Source of the DNA: Octopus bimaculoides
Lineage: Eukaryota
Assembly: GCF_001194135.2 (NCBI RefSeq)
Contig: NC_068984.1
Span: 31,228,512 to 31,292,511, forward strand
Reading direction: 5' to 3'
DNA length: 64,000 nt
Both the position numbers and the translations under genes were made by a program. The notes under the pieces were generated by a model, which worked only from the letters and a program-made list of their open reading frames with translations, was not told the origin of the DNA and did no database searches. Below are positions 1 to 11,470 of this stretch, piece by piece. The stretch's first letter is position 1; every line of letters begins with the position of its first letter.

Positions 1-569
1 TGCCGACAGTAGAAGCTGTGGGCTCACCCTGTGAGGAAAAGGATCAGCTAATCCTATTCCGAAAGGGAGGTGCCCTGCAGAAATTTGTGAATAAAAGGAA
101 GCGTCATAGACAGGGAGTCATCACCTGTACTAAGGATCCGGACTGGCCTCTGCAGGTGTCTGCGGAGGTCATGTAGAGTAGGCACAGAAGTGCGTTGGTG
201 AATTCCTTCCCCCTCGCCGAATTCAGTATTAAAGAGTGACCCGACCCAGACCCATCGTGTTGCTTGAGAGAAGCGAAGGCTATATCGGGCGAAAAAACCT
301 AAGAGGACTAGTGCCTCATATTGTGTAATGAAAAATCGTAAGAGGCAAATGCCTTAAATTATGACTTTTTATGTACGAGGTTCATAGCCTCAATGTGAAA
401 ATTTAATTTTATAAAGAACAGTGTTATAGAGAAGCAAAGTTCGGCGGGCGGCTTTTGCCTTCTCTCATTATACCATCATATTTATCATCCATTTCATCTC
501 ATTAATGTTTTTGTCCAGCCCGTAGCTACTCTCTATGTACTGCCTTTATGGCAAATTGAAATGAAATAA

Positions 570-845
570 AGTAGCTTGCTTATCAACCACATAGTTCCGG
601 GTTCAGTCATCTACTATAGTCACGGGCTTGTGAGTGGATGTGGTAGATGGAAACTGAAAAAAACCTGTTGTATGTGTGTGTGTGTTTGTGTGTCTGTGTT
701 TGTCCCCCCCCCCCAACATCGCTTGACATGTGATGCTGGTGTTTTTATGGTCCTGTAACATAGCAGTTCGGCAAAAAGAGCCCAATAGAATAAGTACTAG
801 GCTTACAAAGAACAAGTCCTCGGGTCAATTTGCTCAACTAAAAAT
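570..845 (+). mobile_element. tRNA-derived SINE, family 1 (Octopus-type), internally deleted
   Basis: AAGTAGCTTGCTT..CCACATAGTTCCGGGTTCAGTC head, GTGAGTGGAT.TGGTAGA.GGAAACTGAAA core, (TG)n spacer, and AGAATAAGTACTAGGCTTACAAAG tail. Homologous to copies at 3194, 15721 and 27195. Confidence 0.85.
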
Positions 846-2229
846 AGCATCAAAATCTCCCTCACGCCATACCTTACTGTCTTTGAACATAAAGGACTCA
901 CCAGCTATTTAAATTCTTGATAGAGTAGACATGAAAAACAATCTTTCAAATATAATTAATTCAGTCGAAATTTCAGGCCAATTCCTAGGTCTGATGTTTA
1001 AGGGCTGACCTGAGGTTGAACAACAATAATAACATCTTGACATTTTGGAATGATTTTTTATCACATTAGAGATGCTATAGTGTTCTGTGAGGAAAATAGC
1101 TAAATATTTCTTGATTCATTTGTTAAACAGTTAGAAAAGATGCTAAACAATTTAAAAATTCATTTCTGGTTTACTAGTTAAAATTACTGAGATCAGTTTT
1201 TTGTTCTATATAAAGAAATATTGATAGAAAATAAGCCTCAGTCTATTGAGGAAAGGTAGACTATTGAGAAGAATCTTAGCCATTATGTCTTTATGTCTTG
1301 ATGTCTTAAGTTTTAAGTGAATGTCTCCCGCTCATTTAGCACTTCAGAATTCAGACAAAAGAATCATTCCTATGAGACATTGTAACTTGCCGAAGTATCT
1401 ACAAAAGAATTTTAGGTAGCAATTTATCAGGAAATTTTCTTATAACTTAAATGATTAATGATACATTGTGAGATAAAGTGTGAACTATCAAACCAGATTA
1501 AGAAACATATTTCCAAAATTGATGATAGTGAGTGAACTTGTGTATCATAATACTTAGTAGAAGCAGCAGAAAGAATGGTTTTATTCAATGAGATTATCAA
1601 CATGTCATAACTCTAATGTCATGAGTTAGTATGTCACCAATGATTTGCTGGTTATTAAATGAATTGAATATGTTCAAACCAAATTAATATCTATGCAAGT
1701 TATTTTGCTTGTTTTGCTGATATTATAGTATAATTTGTGTTCTCAATGGGTTTTATAATGTGGGTTCACTCTCAGTAATTGTACAGATAGGATTTTAGGG
1801 AATCAAATTTCAGTCTTTATTTTTATTTTTTGTTCATGGATACTGAAATAAATATTCCACATTAGTCTCTTTGTTTCCATCTGAATTACTAATTAACTTA
1901 TTTCTATCTAACTTGGCTTCCATTTCATTGGCCACAACATGAGGTATGTTGAATGAATTCATGCTGGCATGCATCCAGTGAGGAGAGCCAACACCTTCTT
2001 GAAGTTTAATGGACAAAGGCATTCATTTCATATGAATAGCAAGTTGGAAAGTGAAAGAAAAATTTGTGTTTTTATGAACAGACTAAAAACAAAGGCATAT
2101 TCAAGGAAGAAACATTATTATTTATCTACCTTATACATATAACATCAATACTGTTGTATTTTCTTTTTCAAAGGGTTTATGTTTTTGGATAAGGTGTTTT
2201 TAATTGATACAATTAATCCCCAAATATTT

Positions 2230-2345
2230 TGTTTTTCATTGAGCCCTAGGGAATTAAAAGTTTAGTTGACTTTGGCAAGATTTGAACCAAGAACAGAATG
2301 TTAAGACATTTTAATCTGGTGTTTTACAATTGCTGTTAACTCATC
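2230..2345 (-). mobile_element. degenerate SINE, family 2 (tRNA-headed)
   Basis: GTTGACTTTGGCAAGATTTGAACC is similar to GTTGATTCCAGTGGAATTTGAACTTCAG at 16.55 kb; the reverse complement contains a B-box-like GTTCAAAT. Confidence 0.45.
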
Positions 2346-3193
2346 ACCTTTCATGTAATCAACGGTAACAAGAATTCATAAAATAATTAGCAATAATCCA
2401 GCAGGAAAATAAAACAAATAGTATATTAGCAGGATTACAAACTTGCAGCATGGATTAAGATAATGTAATTTTTATAATTAGAAGTAAAAGCTGTTAAGCT
2501 GCAGTAGAAAATGTAGATGATAAATATATACAAGTTGGTATTTGAAACCTAAATGCAACTAGACCAGTTATTAGGCTGCTAGCTTACAGACCAAGCATTG
2601 ATTGGGTGTATACCATCACTTGTTTGGTTTACTTAGATATGTTGAAGAATCAGATCATTTCTTTTCTTTCCTTCTCTTTTTTCTTTAAGTAGTGGAAGCA
2701 TTGTATAGCAGACAGAATTAAAGCTGCTAAAAAAACTTGTCATCAATAGTTTGTAACAGCATCTAATTGCTGAAACTACAGTGCTTTACAAAAGAAACAC
2801 GATGTGGCCAATATTACTATAAAATTATGCTTGACTGAATTCAGTCATCAGAATCATAAATAAACATTTCGAATGCTGTTCTTGGAATCCTCTTTAAAAA
2901 AAATTTCAAGAGGCAATTCTATATATTTCTGCCACTAGTTTGTTGTGAGTTAGCATGAAATGTTCATTCATCAGTCATTACTTTTCCATCAAGATATGGC
3001 CATTTTATAAAGATATAGTTTGTAAATACGTCTACATATTAAGATTAAAGAGACAAAAAGAAAATTAGTGTTCCAACTATTTACAATGTTCCCATAATCC
3101 TACATGGATTATGGGAAATAGAATATAAACTCAATATTCACTATTATTATGCATGAATTGTCAAAGACATTTCTAGAGATAGATTATGTGAAG

Positions 3194-3590
3194 TAGGTGC
3201 GGACATAGCTGTTCAGGGAAGATGCTTGCTTTGTAGCCGTGTTGTTTCAGATTCAGTCCCACTGTGTGGCAACTTCAGCAAGTGCCTTCTGATACAGCCT
3301 CTGGCAAGCCAATGCCTTGCGAGTGAATTTGGTAGATGAAAATTATGTGAAAGACTGTCGTATGTCTGTTCCTTTTGGTTTGTGCTTGTACCCTTCCACT
3401 GGTTGAAACTGGTGATGGTTGATTTATGTCCCCATAATTTAGGAGGAAAAGAGAGACCAAGAGAATAAGTGCCTGGCTTAAAATGACTACTGGGTTAGGT
3501 CTGTTTGCCCAAGTCCTTGAAGATAATGCCCTAATATGGCTGCAGTTCATGGCTCCAATCCACTCAGCTGGTAAAAGCAAATAATCCAAT
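3194..3590 (+). mobile_element. tRNA-derived SINE, family 1, near full length and diverged
   Basis: TTCAGTCCCACTGTGTGGCAAC..GCAAGTGCCTTCT..GAGTGAATTTGGTAGATG..; collinear with the 27195 copy. Confidence 0.8.
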
Positions 3591-3609
3591 GACAGACTGG
3601 TGTGCTGTC

Positions 3610-3708
3610 CAGAAGGGGAGCCTGGTGTTGCCATCCGGTTTCACCAGTCCTCAGTCAAATCGTCCAACCCATGCTAGCATGGAAAGCGGACGTTAAACGA
3701 TGATGATG

Positions 3709-3710
<2 letters not shown>
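3610..3710 (+). mobile_element. RTE-type LINE/SINE 3' tail
   Basis: GTCCAACCCATGCTAGCATGGAAAGCGGACGTTAAAC(GAT)n; a near-identical tail lies at 44718-44770. Confidence 0.7.
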
Positions 3711-3756
<46 letters not shown>

Positions 3757-4553
3757 ATATCATAGAATCTGGGAAATAGGCCGCATGAGCCTATGACCCT
3801 GGAAAAGACATTTAAGACATTTTTTTTAATATGGTAGGATGGGATTTGTAAAATATTTTGTCACTATTAGTAGTAGTTTGTGTAACCATATTTGAGCCAA
3901 TAAGGCTTGCCTCATTGGCTCAAATAGGCTTTTATTTCTACTCAGTGATTCATGGGGTTGTAAGTGGCATTTCTTAATGTTACAATAATAATGTTGCAAT
4001 AAAAAGTTAAGTCTACTAATTGTGCAAAACAACAAGAGTTAATTGATGTTGTAATTACAATAGCTAATCCCAGCCTCTTGATCACTCAGAGATTGAGCCT
4101 CCATCTCTTTTTCAGACCGTAGTGGCTTAAGGCGAAAGTTGATATAACTGTGATACAATGACTTTGTTTTACACTTATAACACATTCTCAGATTAAATAA
4201 CTCAACAAAAAAGTGTCACTTAGAAATCTATAGATTTAATCAGGAAGTTAAGAAATTAAATTAGATTAATTTTAGAAATATATAACTTAATAACATCAGT
4301 AAATTAATGGATGTCTACATTATCTTTTTAATGCCTTCCACTCATGTAGAAAGTATGTAATTCTAAGAAATTTAGTCATTATTATGCAGTTGTAAAATGT
4401 TATACATATCTTCTAAGGGAAAATAGGACATTTCTATTTATATTTATGGAATAATTTAGTGAGTGCTGGCAGCAGAAAATGCATCCAACTATCAAAAATA
4501 ACCTGTCTCAAGAAATTCCACCTCACCCATGCAAGCATAGAAATGGATGCAAG

Positions 4554-4616
4554 TGATGATGATGATGATGACGAAAACGACAACAATGAAGAAGAAGAAG
4601 AAGAAGAAGAAGAAGA
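4554..4616. repeat. (GAT)n/(GAA)n trinucleotide microsatellite
   Basis: Directly visible; it produces the poly-M/K/F/L ORFs at 4492-4858. Confidence 0.95.
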
Positions 4617-4649
4617 GTGAGATGGAGGAGAGGAAGAAATGGGGAGTAC

Positions 4650-5790
4650 GAAAGGATAGATACAATGTGGTCAGTAATAATATCAACAGCCATAAGAACA
4701 GGCATTCAAATTTAGAGGAATCCTGCCCCTCAAGTCCGTTATCAACTTGTACATGGATCAACTCGAGCACTCAGCTCTTAACACCTGCCAATCATGCGTC
4801 TTCTTCTCAAGGTATTTCAACAACACCCCGATGCTCACCTCCACCTGTGAAAAGGTGACAACCATACATCAAAGCTTGAACAATGTCGTCAACCACATCA
4901 AATTCTAAATTGAATGCTTAGATGAGTCTAGAATCTCCTCTATGCTAGATTTCTATATCAAGATCACAGAGGAATGTTACATCTATACAAATCTTTATAG
5001 AAAAGCAGCGAGTAGGAATCTATTGTGCATTATGAATCAGCCCTGCCCACCAGAGCCAAAGCTGCATACATGAAAAATGATATCACATGTATAAGAGAGA
5101 GATGCAACAAAGTAATGGAGAAAGCTACCAATGGCATGCAGTTCCTTAGAAACTTAGTACATAACGGCTGTCTACCATCTGCAGCTGAACGACTGCATCC
5201 ACAAAACATAAATGTGGGTAAACAACATAAGAAAACCCATAACACCAAGTCGTAAAAGTACTATACTTTGATGACAGAACAACTACAGCTATTCGAATTG
5301 ATCTGCAAGGAGGGACTCAACATACAGTTAGTACACACTGGTCCATTCTTGAAGAAAGTTTTGTGTGCACTGTGGGGTGCACATGATCGACTGCCCTATC
5401 AATGACATCAAAACATGCTCAAGGGCCTATGTAGTATACAAAATAGTCTAAATAGTCTGCAATAAATGTGGGATATCCTACGTAGGGAGTACAACCAGGA
5501 AACTGCACATCCATATAAAGGAATGTATGCACATGGACACTTCAATAAAAAAACACCTTAGAAAGTGCTAAGCCCAGTATTTAAAAATTTCTATCAGGGC
5601 AACCCAATGCAACAGGGGCTATCTCAGAAGTGTTAGCTCTTCTTATAAAGAAACTGAGACCAGCCATTAACAACAGAAAGGAACTACATGAAGCAGACTG
5701 AACAATTCCTTTTTCCAACTACCGCTTTTTCCAAATGTCCTAAAGAAGTGGTCTTCACTCTGAAATATAGAAATATAAGGCAAAACTGCA
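4650..5790 (+). mobile_element. Penelope-like element remnant (RT C-terminus plus GIY-YIG endonuclease), frameshifted
   Basis: Pieces translate as NHIKF..MLDFYIKI..YTNLYRK (PLE RT thumb), HYESALPTRAKAAYMKNDITCIRERC, KCGISYVGSTTRKLHIHIKE (YVGxTxRxL motif of GIY-YIG) and EVLALLIKKLRPAINNRKE (GIY-YIG C-terminal helix). Confidence 0.8.
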
Positions 5791-5997
5791 ACTTTGTTTT
5801 GCTTTCATTTCCTCTTGCAGTTTACATTGTACCATCTCGCATTGTTCTGGCCTCATACAACAACGTTCTTTAAAGTTATACCACAGAATGCTTCACCAAA
5901 ACTACCTCATACATACATACCTACCTACCTACCTACATACATACATACATACATACACACATACACTCACACACAGAGATCTATAGATATACATATT

Positions 5998-6038
<41 letters not shown>

Positions 6039-7205
6039 TTCACATACACACATACACGCATACACATAGTTATGCATGTGTGTTATGTTAATGCACAAAT
6101 GCATTGATACTTACACTTGAGTCTCAACATATATTCTAATTAGACGAATGTTATCCTGTGTTCACAAATCAGATTATCAAATATCATAATTAAGATAATC
6201 ATTACAGTGTTTTAAATTCCAATTAAGCAAACCATTTCACATGGCTGAAGTGATTATATGCTTTAATTAGTGAAAAAGTATAAAATGGTAAACAAAAATT
6301 ATTTCTTTTAATTGACAGATACCTTATTATATACATTAGCAAGCAGTGAATGGAATGTCCATGATAGTGGTGAAGACACTGATGAAGGTGATAGTGATTT
6401 CCATAGCAGTTTGAATCATTGATAGACCACAACCAACTTCCCTTTATATTGTGTGTCTAAGGTGAGTCAGTTCTGCACATTTTAACTCAGTATTATAAAA
6501 CAATTAGGATTTACAGTGTTATCTCTTGTTAATAGATGTCATCTTTTACTTCCTGTGATTGCTTATATGTTGTAGACCAATAGTCTCTGAGACAGCAAGG
6601 GAGCCTCTCTAAGCAGCAAAGGAGACACTGAGATGTCATTAGACTTGCTAAAAACAACAGACCAGTCTTACTAAAATTATACTTCAATGTCATGAAAAAA
6701 AGAAGGCCTCATTGGTTAATTACTACTGAAAACCAGATGTGGTGGTCATGTGGAAAATATATTCATTTAAATCTGACCTGGAATTAAAGAATCTACTTCT
6801 TAATAAGTCTTTTGGAACTATGCGTTCTTGCCAATGACACAATGCTGAGGTCATGATGGAATATGAACCTTCAACATTTGGCCATTTTGTTTGGTTGTGT
6901 TTAACAAACTTTGGTCCAGCCAGTCACATCACTTCAATGTATAAGTTTTGTTAAATATATTGGTGGAATCTCTAAATATCATAAGAAAATTTGTGTGACA
7001 TGCTAATGACAGCAACACAATACAAGGTCAGAAAGCATTAGCTAAACTACTGGGGTTAATTTGACTGTTGTTTTACTTTTGAACTCGCAAAATAATGAGG
7101 AGTTAAGCTGATCCTGGTAGGACATGAACAACATAAACGCAGTAAAGCATTTTGTCCAATGATCTAATGATGACAACAAAAGTGATGATAATAATTGCTA
7201 TAGAG

Positions 7206-7502
7206 CAGTGGTTCCCAAAGTGGGTGGTACCACCCCACTGGGGGCAATGGAAAGATCTGGGGGGGGGCATTGAAGGAAAATGGGGCGATAATGGAGTGAC
7301 CAAAACGAGGCAATGAATATTAAAAAAAAAAAGCCCACAAAATAAAGGGTTAATTAAATTAAGTTTTATTTGTGAAATACTGTTGTTTTGAATTTGCTGC
7401 AGAAAATGGTCTATGTCTGTGATGGTGAGTGGTGGGGCACAGCACTAGGAATGTTACCTTAGAACCAAGGGGCAGCAGCCTGGAAATGTTTGGGAACCAT
7501 TA
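7206..7502. mobile_element. hAT (Charlie-like) MITE with 8-bp TSD
   Basis: Left TIR CAGTGGTTCCCAAA and right TIR TTTGGGAACCATTA. A perfect 8-bp TSD CTATAGAG lies at 7198-7205 and 7503-7510. Confidence 0.9.
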
Positions 7503-9339
7503 CTATAGAGGATGGATAAAGATGAATCAACCCCAAAAATCTATATGTGTTACTTATTTTATAGGTCCTGGAAGAATGAGGCCTATAATTAAGCATGGCA
7601 TATTAAAACTTAGAACGTAAAGTGGAAGTATATCATAGCTGATAGATATTTATTGTACTGTAGTACTTTTTCTGACTATGCAACAACAATATTTTTTAAA
7701 ATCATATAATAATCAATAATTAGACCTAGTATACATTGGATACTTATTTTATTAATTCTAAAATTATGAGGAGTAAAGTTAAGTTCAGCAAGTTGGCTAT
7801 GAACTGAAAAGGTAAATACTCCTAGTTGTTTAAGCTGAAACTCTAAGATTATCATGATCATAATTATTTTGTGTCTCCTTACCAAGATGGTAAGTTTGGA
7901 CAGGGAGTCATTCTTGGAGTCAGTTGTTAATTAGAGTTACTACTCTCTTAGATGAAGCAAAATCAATGATCTACTCTTACAGTTTCTTTTTTGGTCCAGT
8001 TTCAATGATTGGATGGTCTTACTATCACCACCAGTTTCAGAATCTACTGGATGCATTTTAACATGGCACAAATGCTGGAGAGTTTCTCATGTTCTTGACA
8101 AGAGTAAAGAGTTTACTTGATTTCATGATATTTCTGCTTATTTGCTAAACACTTTACAGAGTGTACTGGGAGAAATTTATTGTGGCACCAGGACTATGAG
8201 GATACGTTGCACCGATTAACGTTAAAAAGTTCACAATCCATTATGATGTCTGTGTTTGCTCAAGTCTTTGTGTTCAAGAAATGGAATAGTGAAGAGAGCA
8301 ATAATAGAACAAGAATTGGTAGATAAAGAGAGAAAGAATATTATGATAGAAACACTGTGAGAGAGACTGATGGATAGAAAATAAACTTGAATATTAACAA
8401 GAAAACAAATAACAAAATAATATTTTCTTTTCATCCATTTATTTTAATTTTCATAAATTTTTATGCTTCAAATATATTAATGATTTTGTTCCTGTTAAAT
8501 TTCCAGATTAATCCTGGTCATCTCACCAAAACAACTCCATAATTGGATATTTCAATGCTGCTAATGTTTAAAGACTTGAAAGAATAGCATGGAACACTTT
8601 ACAACATTGCAAATGATATTTCCAGGTTCTAAAATTCATGGTAATTGAAATATCAGAAACAATGTATTAAGCTTGATAGTTTTAATGTGTATATATGTGT
8701 ATATATTTTTTTCTGTGTGCATGTATTTTTTAATAATCACTTTCTAATATTACACCATCGAAAATGTGTTGAGAAAACACAAACACTTGGTTAGAGTTAG
8801 AAACTAAAATGCAAAAACAATTTGAAACCGAGGAAAATGACATATAGAAAAAAAAACATGAAAAAATATAGATTTATATAGCAAAGGTGGAATAAGTAAA
8901 TATTTGACTTATTATTAATATGTTTTTCTACAAATTTGAGCTGAAATGATTTGCAATTAGATAACTTCCTGAAACCTATTTCCTGACTCAGCCCACTTCA
9001 AGCAACATATTACAAAATGTACATCATTATTGGAAATTTCAAATAAAATCACAAGTAATTTACTAAATAATTCTTTAATTAGTAATATAGATCACACACT
9101 CTCTCTCTCTCTGTCCCTCTTTCTTGTTCTCTTCTACTTATAAGCATATGTGTGTGTTCATGCATGTGTGTTCGTGCATGTGTGTGTGTGTGTGTACAGG
9201 AAAAAGGATACTTGCAATATCCACTTGGAAGTACAAATATCAATTTGCTAATAAATATAAATTTCCACCAGTAATTATCTCTCTCTGTTTGTCTGTCTAT
9301 ATATATGTGAATAGATAAATATATGTATACATTTATGCA

Positions 9340-10208
9340 TACAAGGGGTTTCAAAAGGTATCCAACTTTATTTTATACCACAAAACTAATGTTGCACGGG
9401 GAAAATCTTTTGGGTAGAAGGTGACACCACCTTTCCTGCACATGCACAACTATTTTCCATCATTTGGACACATCAGCTCATAGTTGTTAAACCTAAAGTA
9501 CAGGCATAAAGTGCACATTCAGCAGATTTTTATTTTCCCCAAATGCATTAAACAGAGATATTACATCAAATTTTTCCAAAAGCTTTGTGATGCTTAAGTT
9601 CAAACTAGCCAGAATATTCAGCAGGTCTTTGATGGTGATACCATGTGCAAATCTCAGATCAAGGAGGGGTACAACTGCTTCAAGCATGACTGTACCTGAG
9701 TAGAGAGTGAGACAAGCTCAGGTGGGTTATTCACAAGTGGAAATGAGGAGTCACTTAAAAATGTTCAGCGAATAGTCATGGAAAACTGTTGAGTAACAAT
9801 CCAGGAAATTGCTTATGAAATGGGTGTAAGTACAGTATTATTCCATTTTGCTAGAGGATTCGTGCATGTAGAGAGTGTTGGTGAAATTCATCCCTAAGGT
9901 GATGGAGGAGCAGCTGAAGCAACTCCACATGGAAATCACTTAGGAGAGGCTGCACTGTGCTAACCACAACCTAGACTTCATAAAGAACAGCATCACTGAT
10001 GATGAGACACAAGTTTACAGTTTCTGCTTGATGTGTTCAGACATCTTGTGTGAAAATGAAAATTCAAACTGATGCAGTCTGCTGGCACAAAAATGTTCGT
10101 ACATACACTGGAAGGGTGACATCATCTCTCATCTAAAAGATTTTGCTCATGAGGCATTAGTTTCAACAGGAAAAAATATAGTCAGATACATTTTGAAAGC
10201 ACTTTGTA
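9340..10208 (+). mobile_element. mariner (Tc1/mariner) element, internally deleted, both TIRs present
   Basis: TA|CAAGGGGTTTCAAAAGGTATCC at the left and GATACATTTTGAAAGCACTTTG|TA at the right. The internal translation KFIPK..EQLKQLHMEI..CANHNLDFIKNSITDDETQVYS resembles the mariner ITGDETWVY motif; it carries stops and frameshifts. Confidence 0.85.
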
Positions 10209-10554
10209 TATATATAAATATATATATATATAAATGTGAATGTATGTGTGTGAATAATGACATTGCACATGTTGGCACTGTCTGAGTAAAATGATTATAT
10301 GCTTACATTCCTTAAAACTCTTATGTCTGGTTTCCCTATTCTATGAAAAGCCAGGCAATAAAAAGTCTTTATTTGAAAAGCATGTAAAAGTTCATGACAG
10401 ACAGAGTATCAATCTATATAATTTGTCTCAAATATTTCACCAACCAGCCCATGTTAGCTGGAAAAAGTGAATGTTTAGTAAAGAAACAAATAGACAATAT
10501 TATATATAAATATGCTTGTGTGTGTGTGTGTGTAGCTATCTGTGCATGAGTGTG

Positions 10555-10680
10555 TTCTTAAGAAGACTACTCCCCAATAGCAATGTTTTAGTTCTAGTCC
10601 CATTGCATTGCATCTTCTACTATAGCCCTTGGCTGACCAAAGCCTTGGCAGTAAATTTTGGAGTTAGATACCTGAAAGAA
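10555..10680 (+). mobile_element. SINE family 1 fragment
   Basis: TCTTCTACTATAGCCCTTGGCTGACCAAAGCCTTG matches the family core. Confidence 0.7.
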
Positions 10681-10769
10681 GTATAATATATATATATATA
10701 TTTATATAAGTCCAATATATTTGTATATATACTACCAAAACTAAATACCCACTTACATATCCCACCCTT

Positions 10770-11470
10770 ACCTTCTCTCTACCTTTTCTATACCCATCCC
10801 TTAATGCAGCTCTATAACACCACCCTTACTCACATACCTCTTTTACTTCTTACCCTCTCATCTCTTCCTCTCTCTCCCTCTCACATCTCCCTTCATTCTA
10901 TCACTTTATCCTGACCACTACCTAACACACCCGCTCTCATTTCATTCCCTCTTTCTTCATTTCTTTTTTGTCTCCTTCCCTTTTACTTTTTCTCTTCTTT
11001 CTCCCATTCTCTCCTCCTGCTTTTGATTTAACCTATCCCCTATTTCTAATCATACACGTCTCTCCTCCCTCCATCTATCCATTAATATTACCAACACATT
11101 CCCAAACTTTAATTCACACCAAAAAAACCCCTCGACTGAGCAACACTGTTTACAAGGCTCTATGCTTGGAATGACCAAATATAACTACCATTGGAACTCA
11201 CACACCAGGTACAAGAAACTTCTTCACCAATTATATACACCATTCTACTTGAATAATGGAACTGTAAATATAATATCCTTATGTATTTCAATTCTTCTTT
11301 CATTCCCTTACTTTCCTCAGTATTTCATATCTTCTCTACAATAATTAATAGCCAAACATTTTCTCGCACTGTCTCTGATGAAGTGATATGTAAAATATCC
11401 CGGAAACGGCTGTAAGACTTTTTATTTATAAATGTTCTGAAAACTATTTACAGCCTTGGATTTTTTTTTT
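10770..11470 (+). mobile_element. Penelope-like element 3' end / pseudo-LTR
   Basis: A pyrimidine-rich tract is followed by unique sequence that ends in a hammerhead core (CTGATGA...GAAACGGCTGTA). The PLE assignment is inferred from this architecture. Confidence 0.55.
11371..11418 (+). ncRNA. minimal type I hammerhead ribozyme motif (slightly decayed)
   Basis: Stem I is GTCT/AGAC. Core CTGATGA at 11375-81. Stem II is (A)GTGATAT-GTAAA-ATATCCC(G) with two mismatches. GAAA at 11403-06. Pseudo-palindromic stem III is ACGGCTGT. Cleavage triplet is GUA. Confidence 0.7.

Noticed and set aside
4492-4858. Acidic or poly-Lys ORFs
   Set aside because: They are products of (GAT)n/(GAA)n repeats joined to a decayed Penelope fragment.
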